Below are positions 55,081 through 64,000 of a stretch of 64,000 nt of DNA, one piece after another. This DNA comes from the human T2T-CHM13v2.0 reference genome, Homo sapiens. The position numbers were made by a program, and so were the translations under genes. The notes beneath the pieces are model-generated. The model made no database searches. It saw only the letters and a program-made list of their open reading frames with translations, and was not told the DNA's origin. Location of the stretch: the NCBI RefSeq assembly GCF_009914755.1, contig NC_060947.1; one strand, written 5' to 3'. Numbering within the stretch: position 1 is the stretch's first letter; the number at the start of each line of letters is the position of its first letter.

Positions 55081-55739
55081 GTGGGTATTAGGTCCCAGCC
55101 CTGAGCAATACCATAAAGAGCCCAATATCATTTTGCAGAACAAGCAGAATTTACTCCTTGGAGCAAAATAATAATGCACTTACCCATCGATATTTGAATG
55201 ACTGGCTTTTTAATATACTTTCTAATAGCAATATATTTTATTTACTGCTGTGTCCATAGATGCCTTCTACATGGAATTTTCTTTTATCTCCACAGCCCAA
55301 AGTGATTCTCTTTGCTATAAACTGCCATAGCATTTTGATTGTCAGTCTCTTACACAACTTATTACGTTATTCCTTTTACTGCAGTTATACTACGGTACTC
55401 ACAAAATGAGTACATTGCAGAGCTTTGGAGGCAGGGTTGCCTGGTCATCATGGGACAGTGCCTTATACAATCTATGTTCCCTGAATGTATAAATGAATCC
55501 ATTTTGAGTGCCAATAGCAAAGACAGGAGAAAAGCACAATGCCATTTATTATGCACCAGGTATCTATACCCACGCATTTAAGAGAGTCACAGAAGCTGCC
55601 CTTTGCTCTGCCACTTTCCAATAGAACTGGTGTGCAAAACGTTGATTTTGGTTCACTAACCCTGGACAAATGCGCCTTGAATATGGTTTAACCATGTGTC
55701 ATATAAAAATAGTTACAAGACTTGCTTTTATTTTTACAT

Positions 55740-55930
55740 AGTATGTGTAGACCAGTTTGCCAAGCTCATTGCATGTAATCATTCAAATGCCTATGACGGT
55801 GACACTATAAGGTATATCCTATTTTATCCCCATTGTACAGATGTGAAAACTAAGGATCCATGAAGCTAAGGAGCCCGTTGAAGGTGAATGTTGGTAAGCT
55901 GGGATGCCAGATATATGAACCCATGTGTTA
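55740..55930 (-). mobile_element. MIR
   Basis: attttatccccattgtacagatgtgaaaactaagg. Confidence 0.7.
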
Positions 55931-55985
55931 TGGCTTTAGAATTTATGGACAGTTGCTGTGGCTATAGTACTCTGCTGTGTAGAGT

Positions 55986-56506
55986 TGTGACAGGCAGACC
56001 CTAATTCCCTTCTCTTGAGCATAGGCAGGACCTGAGACTTGCTTCTAACCAGCGGAATATAGCAGAAGAGATGTGATGCTTCCTTTGTGATTGTGTTACA
56101 TAAGGTTGTAACTTTCATATTGCTGGGTGCTTCTCTCCCTCACTGGCACTGGAGAAATCAGCTACCATATTTCAGAGGCCCACATGGCAAGGAAGGGAGG
56201 GCCATCTTTGGCCAACAGCCAGCAGGAAACTGAGGCCTTCAGTCCTTCACTTCACAAGGAATTGAATTCTGCCAAAAATGTTGCAAGCTTGGAAGTGGAT
56301 CCTTCTCCGGTTGAGCCACAGATAAGACCACAGCACTGGCTAACACTTTGATTGCTGGTGGCAGTCTTGTGAGACCCTGAAGCAGAAAATCTACACAAGC
56401 CATACCCAGATTCCTGATCCACAGAAACCATGAGATAATAAATGTGGGCTGGTTTAAACCACTAAGTTCATGGTAATTTGTTACACACATATAGATAAGT
56501 AATGCA
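55986..56506 (+). mobile_element. MLT1F-like MaLR LTR
   Basis: gacttgcttctaacc...gcccacatggcaagga...gccaacagccagcaggaaactgaggcc...taatttgttacac. Confidence 0.85.
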
Positions 56507-56622
56507 GGTGGGCTAGTATGATTAGAGAGGGAAGACCAGAGAACAGCTTGATTCTCAGAGCCTTTTATCACTGGCAGCTTTATTAATCATTTTTCTTCTC
56601 TCTTCCTTCTCAACTCATCTTA

Positions 56623-56970
56623 GAGTCATGCTCCCTAAATGACCCTGATCATAAGAATAACCTGGAGTGCTTGCGAAATGTACCGAATTCCTACCTTTAC
56701 GACTCATTGACTTGGTGGGGGAGGAGCCAAGGAGTCTAGAATTTCACCGAGACTTTCATGACATTCTTTTGCTCAGGCAAAGTTGAGAAGCACTGTCATA
56801 TAGCTAGGGAGTGAATCTTGACCCTGGTTACATTTTAGACTCCCATAGAGTCTGAGGTGCATTGTCTGAGATGAAGCCTGGGGACTGGTATTTTTCTTTC
56901 TTTTTTTTTTTTTTTTTTTAAAAATACTCCCCATGTGATTTTAACATGCAGCCAAATTTAAGAACTGCTG
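56623..56970. mobile_element. Adjacent MER5B-like (56623-56795) and MER5A1-like (56803-56970) DNA transposon fragments
   Basis: tgatcataagaataacctgg...caggcaaagttgagaagcactg; ctccccatgtgattttaacatgcagcca...agaactgctg. Confidence 0.6.
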
Positions 56971-57324
56971 ATCTTCAGCAAGCCCTAGCAAGAAGATAGC
57001 AAATGTCAAGTACTCCATCAAGTAAGCATGCTAGTTATATAATGGGGAAGAGGGATAGAGGCCATTAATGTTCTAAGAGATATGTGCTTTCCCACAAAAC
57101 TGACCTACTCCAAGCAAGACTGTCAGCTCATCTTTTTACGTTAAAGTGATTTATTCTAAAATGTTCCAAAAAGCACACATAATTGCAGGATGTTTGAGTA
57201 TAAGATGTTTTTTGAGTATCAAAGTGAATAAAAGCTACCAGTGAATAGAATGGCAGAATTTGGTTTATAATATCTAGATTATTCTAGAAACTTGGGTGGA
57301 GGATGTAAAGTGTACATATTGTAA

Positions 57325-58110
57325 TGAGGTTGACTATCTAATTTCTGGGGCCCAGTATAAAATGAAAACGTAGTGCCCCTTTTTCAAAAAAACAGCCCAA
57401 AGTGCCATTAAAGGAAAAATAAGTATAAAGCATTTACCTCTCTTCTGCAGTCTCTCACTTGGCTTGTCATGGTGTTTTGTATTTGCTATTTAATGTTGTT
57501 CTGAGAAAAGGAAAATTAAAATTTTAAATTATTAGCATGAGTATTACCATTCGTCTTTATATGACGTAATACCAGCTTTAAATGCAAATAGAAGAGCATT
57601 TAACTTGTGGACAGAATCACCGAAATTACCTAATTTATGTTTCATGGTGCATACATGCATATGTATTTTGTTCTTACCAGAACAGTGGAAACACTACACA
57701 AAACTAAATCAACTGTTTTTATTTTGCTTCTTTCTATGTGCACATTGTACCTCACTATGATTAGTTACTGGTAAGGAAGGACTTAATGGAAAAGGAATTA
57801 CAGGCTTCCCTTCTTAGTCTTTTATTCTCTGTCATCATTTTTCATCCTAAGGAGTTGGCTCATGCAGGGTAACCCAGGATTTTTTCGTTTTGCATGTTTC
57901 TCAGAACGCCTGTGCCTTCTTTCTGAATTTGAAGGAAGTTGTGGTTTCAAGGGAAAGCATGGCCTCGCTTGGCTGTTAGCTTACTCACTTGTAGGTGTCC
58001 CATGCTTACATTGTCCTCTTTCTGAATCTCGCTGATCTCCTATGCACTGTGGGTTTACCAGAAGTCTGTGCTCATGGGCCACTGCATATGCTATCCATGA
58101 ACAGGGCAGT
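57325..58110 (+). mobile_element. MER45-family hAT-Tip100 DNA transposon
   Basis: 5' end taatttctggggcccagtataaaatgaaaacg.agtgccccttttcaaaaa resembles MER45; 3' boundary approximate. Confidence 0.6.
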
Positions 58111-58500
58111 AAGTAAAACCACTTTTGCAAAAATCGTTAGTTATTGGGACCTGAGTTTGGAGAATAACATGTTGGGTAGCGAGAAAGGTATAAATGATGT
58201 GCTCATCAAATCATAAGTGAAATCGTAAGTTTTGATTCCCCCTGTTCCTCCTTTATCAAATAATTCTGAAATCAATTCCTAAATTGATATCCATGTAGCA
58301 TCCCAACATTATGACATACGAGGTATGTTTCTTACAGGCTACGTTAGATGTATCTCTTTTAAGGTTCTCTCAAAGGCTTGGAGAAGGGGTAGACAAAAAT
58401 ATTGCTCATCTATCCTATCCCCTTAGCTTCAGTCCATCTCACCAGAAGGGACAAGTTACTGAGCCAAAGCGTGGGCTGATTTTTAGGGAAAGGACATCAA

Positions 58501-59339
58501 TGTAGGTTGGTAGAGTTAAAAGAAATATTTTCTTTTCCTCTTACCCAATTAAAATTTGAGAAATAGTCTTAGTACTTAGCACAAGTGAATTCACTTTGGA
58601 AAACGTGAAGGCATTTTGAGCAACAGCAGTAGACTGCTGCCCTTGTAAGATACATGTTGACTTACCAGGACCACCGGACCTAAGAGGGCAGGCCCAAATT
58701 GCCCTTACATTTTTATTTGGAACATTTCCTTTAGAAAACTTGTAACTTTTTTCCTGGTCTCTTTGAAATATATGTAAATCATTTTGAAAGCTCAAGAAGA
58801 CTCTTTCCAGCATTAGGAACTAGCAGTGTCTTCCTTAAGGACCTGGGAGCCATCCCTTTGAAATGTAAACATCAAGGGAGTTATCACCTCCCGCTCTCAG
58901 TCTCTGTAGGAAGGTAGGAGCCTAACTTCAGAAGGGCCTGGATCCTGGTTGCAAAACCACCTGTGTCATAAAAGTAAGCAGACTTTATTTTTGCTTTGTA
59001 CAAAACAAATTAACTAACACGATGGTCACCCCATTTATGGGGTGAACTGATGGTGAACTATGTGTAATAAACAATGTTGTCAAGTCCTCTTACTTGAGGA
59101 CTAGTTATTGTTTATCTTCGGAATGTATATGTAAGGGGGTTATATTTGCTTGGTTCTACAGAGTGAGATTTCTTTCTATCTTCACAATTTCTAAGAGATT
59201 GTGGAATATGATATCCATTACATTTTGATTTAATGCATATTCAATAATGAAATTGTTTTCTTCCCCTTCTTCCTTTGTGAAGAGGTTTTCTGGATTGGGA
59301 GAAAATTTTATTTTATTTTTTAATTAAATTTCCACAACA
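58501..59339 (+). mobile_element. ERV1 solo LTR (MER34/MER39-group-like)
   Basis: aaggacctgggagccatccctttgaaatgtaa.catcaagg...ggtaggagcctaacttc...ends ccacaaca. Confidence 0.6.
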
Positions 59340-59406
59340 ACACTCATGAGCCTATCTTTTCTGCTTCCAAAGGAGACACCTCACTACACCTTAACGTCAT
59401 GAGATA

Positions 59407-59492
59407 TTTTGGTGGCTGGATCTCCTAATACCTTGGGTGTCTTGGTGGTTGGATCGCCTAACATCTTGGGTGTTTTGGTGGCTGGATCTCCT
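59407..59492. repeat. 33-bp tandem repeat, ~2.6 copies
   Basis: ttggtggctggatctcctaa...ttgggtgt starting at 59409, 59442 and 59475. Confidence 0.85.
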
Positions 59493-59801
59493 TCCCTCCA
59501 CCTTCCAGGCATACCCAGCCTGGCACCAATGAGTAAAACAGAACTACTCACTGCCCAAATGAGACACAAAAACATAGCTTCCTCTTTGTGTTCCAGTGAC
59601 TGTCACACAAGTCCAACATCACAAGTCAGGAGATATGAGCCCTTAAGGGAGGTCTAGCCAGATATTTACGCCCAGGCTCAGAGAGTTGAAGTTTAACATC
59701 CTCATTTTTTGTAGTCCTAGAATGATCAAGTGTGATCTTGTGAGACTGTCTTCAGTTTCAGTGAGTAAAAGGGCATCTGCTGATCCTCTCCCATCTTTTC
59801 A

Positions 59802-60389
59802 TGTATTAGGTTAATATGTGGAAACAACAGGTTGCAGCAGAGAAAGAGGTTTAATCATAGAGCTACCAAATGAGGAGACTAGAGGAAACCTCAAATCCCT
59901 CTCTCCGAGGAGTTTGGGTCCAGGGTTTATAAGGGTTTTGGAGTGGGTGGAAGTGTGGAAATCATTGACGGGTGGAAGAGTGTAGGGTGAAGTCATGGAT
60001 CAGGGAGATGAAGAAGCCATGTTCTCATGCTGATCCCATTTCTCTGTGCGTGCGTGGGGCGGGGGTGTCTTCAAACTGGTTGGTGTCAGCTGTTTTGCTG
60101 GAATTTAAGATCTGAAAAAAGTCTTAAGCAATTCTTAAACAAAAACCCTTCTAATTTTAACATCAGAGAGCCTATCTATAAGAACAATGGTGATTCAAAT
60201 TGATTCTTAAACAAATCCTTATGATTCTAGTGTCAGAAATCCTATCTATAGGAACACTGGGGGTGCAAATGGTCAGTATCTGCTATGTAACTTTCAGTTA
60301 CAAGGAAGGGGGTCAAAGTGCAGCCTGATTAATGCTTAATTATGGCTGTATTTCTATCCAGAATTCTTAATCCTGTGAGGGTGGTTTCA
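59802..60389 (-). mobile_element. ERV1-class (MER4-group) solo LTR with internal ~72-bp tandem
   Basis: On the - strand begins tgaaaccaccctcacagg; caggttgcagcagagaaagaggtttaatc near the other end. Confidence 0.75.
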
Positions 60390-60444
60390 AAACATATCAT
60401 TCTTCTGTAATGCTGTAATGCTTCACTTAGAGTTTCGTACTCAA

Positions 60445-60805
60445 GACTGAAGATGCACAAAGCCAGTGGCCAGACCACACAGGGCAATAGAACTTTGCCC
60501 TCCAGTCTTTGCAGGAATCTGCCTAGAATGATCAAGATTGGGTTAGCGATTGTCAGCTTCCCAAATATTTGCCCATCTTTCAACTTAGGAGGAACCAGAG
60601 AAAGACAAATATGCTCCCCCACATAATCACATGAGATGCTGTGCTTTTAAGTAGCCCACTGGCAGGTCCCCTGATGCCAACCACCTCCACTTGGGGCATA
60701 CCTGAAGCCTTCCCTTTTCCACTATAAAGCTTTTTTATTTCTCCACCTGCCATTGAGTCTGTGCCAAACACAGTTGCTAGCGGTGGACTCCCTTGTGAAA
60801 GCAGA
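60445..60805 (+). mobile_element. ERV1 LTR fragment (MER89/MER90/MER110-group-like)
   Basis: cagaccac...aatagaactttg...ccagagaaagacaaatatgctcccc...aatcacatgagatgc. Confidence 0.5.
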
Positions 60806-61161
60806 TTTAGTCCTGGACTAAGAAGCCTAAATATACCCCTAAGCTTTTCATTTAAATAGTGATTGCATTTCTGCAAGGCTTGGATTCTTTATCATTCAGC
60901 TTTCTTGCACAGGACAATGAAGGTATGTTCCAGATATGAGGCAAACAAGATCCTTTTTCTTGGACATGGTTTTAAAGAACAAGGGTGACCTACTCTCAGA
61001 CACTTTACGAAGTATGCATATGTGCATGTCTTTTTGCATGTGTAGATTTAGGTGTTTAGAAGCCTTAACGATCCCAGTTTTAAAAGCAAGGGGATGCCTG
61101 GGAAACTAGCGCGTATCTGGCACTGGATAAAGAAGCAATCAGCTGTCTTAATTTGCCTTCT

Positions 61162-62872
<1,711 letters not shown>

Positions 62873-63699
62873 TTAGTTTGCCTTCTAACCTTCAGAACCC
62901 TGCCAATTCTGAGAGTATCATTACTATTATTTTTTTTTACAGCAATATCCCCTGTGCACAATGCACCCTTGCAGGATTTCTGCCTGACTGTGGCCCATGC
63001 ATAGTGCTCAGTGGAGACTGAAATATTTCTCTGCTAGGCTCTGTTCTGCAGATGCATTTGCAGTGAGCTAGAATACGCTTGCCTGCCTTGGGAAGCTTTG
63101 AGGCAACAATAGCGTGAAACCAATCACAGTAATTATCACATTAACTCATGTCATTTTGTTCAAATACTTTCAACCTTTAAAATGTGGGAGCTAAGCTCTA
63201 AGATCCAATGCTGTCTCTAGCATCCTGATGCTTGTATAGCGTACATTTAGTTAAAAGGAAACTCATTTTGAGGTTATAATTAGCAAGAAAAATTTACAAT
63301 CTGCAAGCTCAGGTTCTATTCATGGACTTAACTCCCTTTTCTTGCCTGTCTCTAAAAATCCAGGCCACTGTATTCCACTAGCAATCGCTATTGTTATTTT
63401 CTGCACCTAATAATTAAATTTAGTTCATTAACCTGGATATTCTGCAGTGTTTTTTTTTTTTTTTGGTCATCAATTTTACATTCAGCAGTGCATAGGAAAA
63501 AATTGCAACCCTGAAAAACCTTGTGCAGGACCCTAGATTTAATATTCTTTTAAAATTTCATTTGTTCCCCCTGTAGAGTTAGAAGTTGTGCACTCTGCTT
63601 TTATTTTATATGCACATTTGCGCACTCTGCTTTTATCTTAATAGGCACATTTAGCTTAATAAGTCTGAAATGAATCAAGGCTTGCTTTTCAAAATAGAA

Positions 63700-63865
63700 A
63701 TAATCAACGGCTCCAGCTTTATTTATTGAAAAGACCATCTTTCCAGCATTGAAATTGCAATGACATTTTTGCCCTAAGTCATGTGTGAGTCTCTTTCTGG
63801 ACTCTCCAGTCTGTTTTGTTTGTCTATGCATGTGTCGTGACCACACCATCTTAATTACTATAGTG
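63700..63865 (-). mobile_element. Ancient L1M ORF2 fragment
   Basis: ctccagc...atttattgaaaagaccatctttcc...tttctggactctc...cttaattacta. Confidence 0.6.
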
Positions 63866-63884
63866 TCACATTGAGAAAGTGAAT

Positions 63885-64000
63885 ATCAAATGCACCATGT
63901 CCAGATTATATACAAAATTAGAACTCTGACCAGCCTAGCAGTCCAACCACAGCCTCTGCAGCTACTGACGCAGAATGATCAGGATCTGGTCAATTTCTGC
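63885..64000 (+). mobile_element. Start of a second MER89/90/110-like LTR, cut off by the window end
   Basis: ccaga...aaattagaactctgacc...ctctgcag...cagaatgatcagga resembles 60470-60540. Confidence 0.4.

Overview
Primate (most likely human or great-ape) AT-rich non-coding DNA, either intergenic or inside a very long intron. I find no supportable protein-coding gene: the listed ORFs are Alu-, L1 ORF2-, LTR-, MER20- or microsatellite-derived, or short chance ORFs. The window is a mosaic of interspersed repeats: 15 Alu-family copies, young and old L1 fragments, MaLR/ERV solo LTRs, L2/MIR, and MER20/MER5/MER45/MADE2 DNA transposons, many with readable target-site duplications (TSDs). Notable structures are a 36-nt tailless U1 snRNA retrocopy, a ~1-kb 29-bp minisatellite with 6-unit higher-order structure, a twin-primed 5'-inverted L1PA, an internally deleted L1PA, a perfect 67-bp tandem duplication, a recursive-splice-site-like motif, a duplicated MLT1 LTR, a long (TCTA)n tract and motif-rich unique segments that may be enhancers. 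Repeat subfamily names were assigned by eye from remembered consensus sequences and need RepeatMasker/Dfam confirmation; boundaries of old repeats are approximate. I found no convincing evidence of a new biological system.
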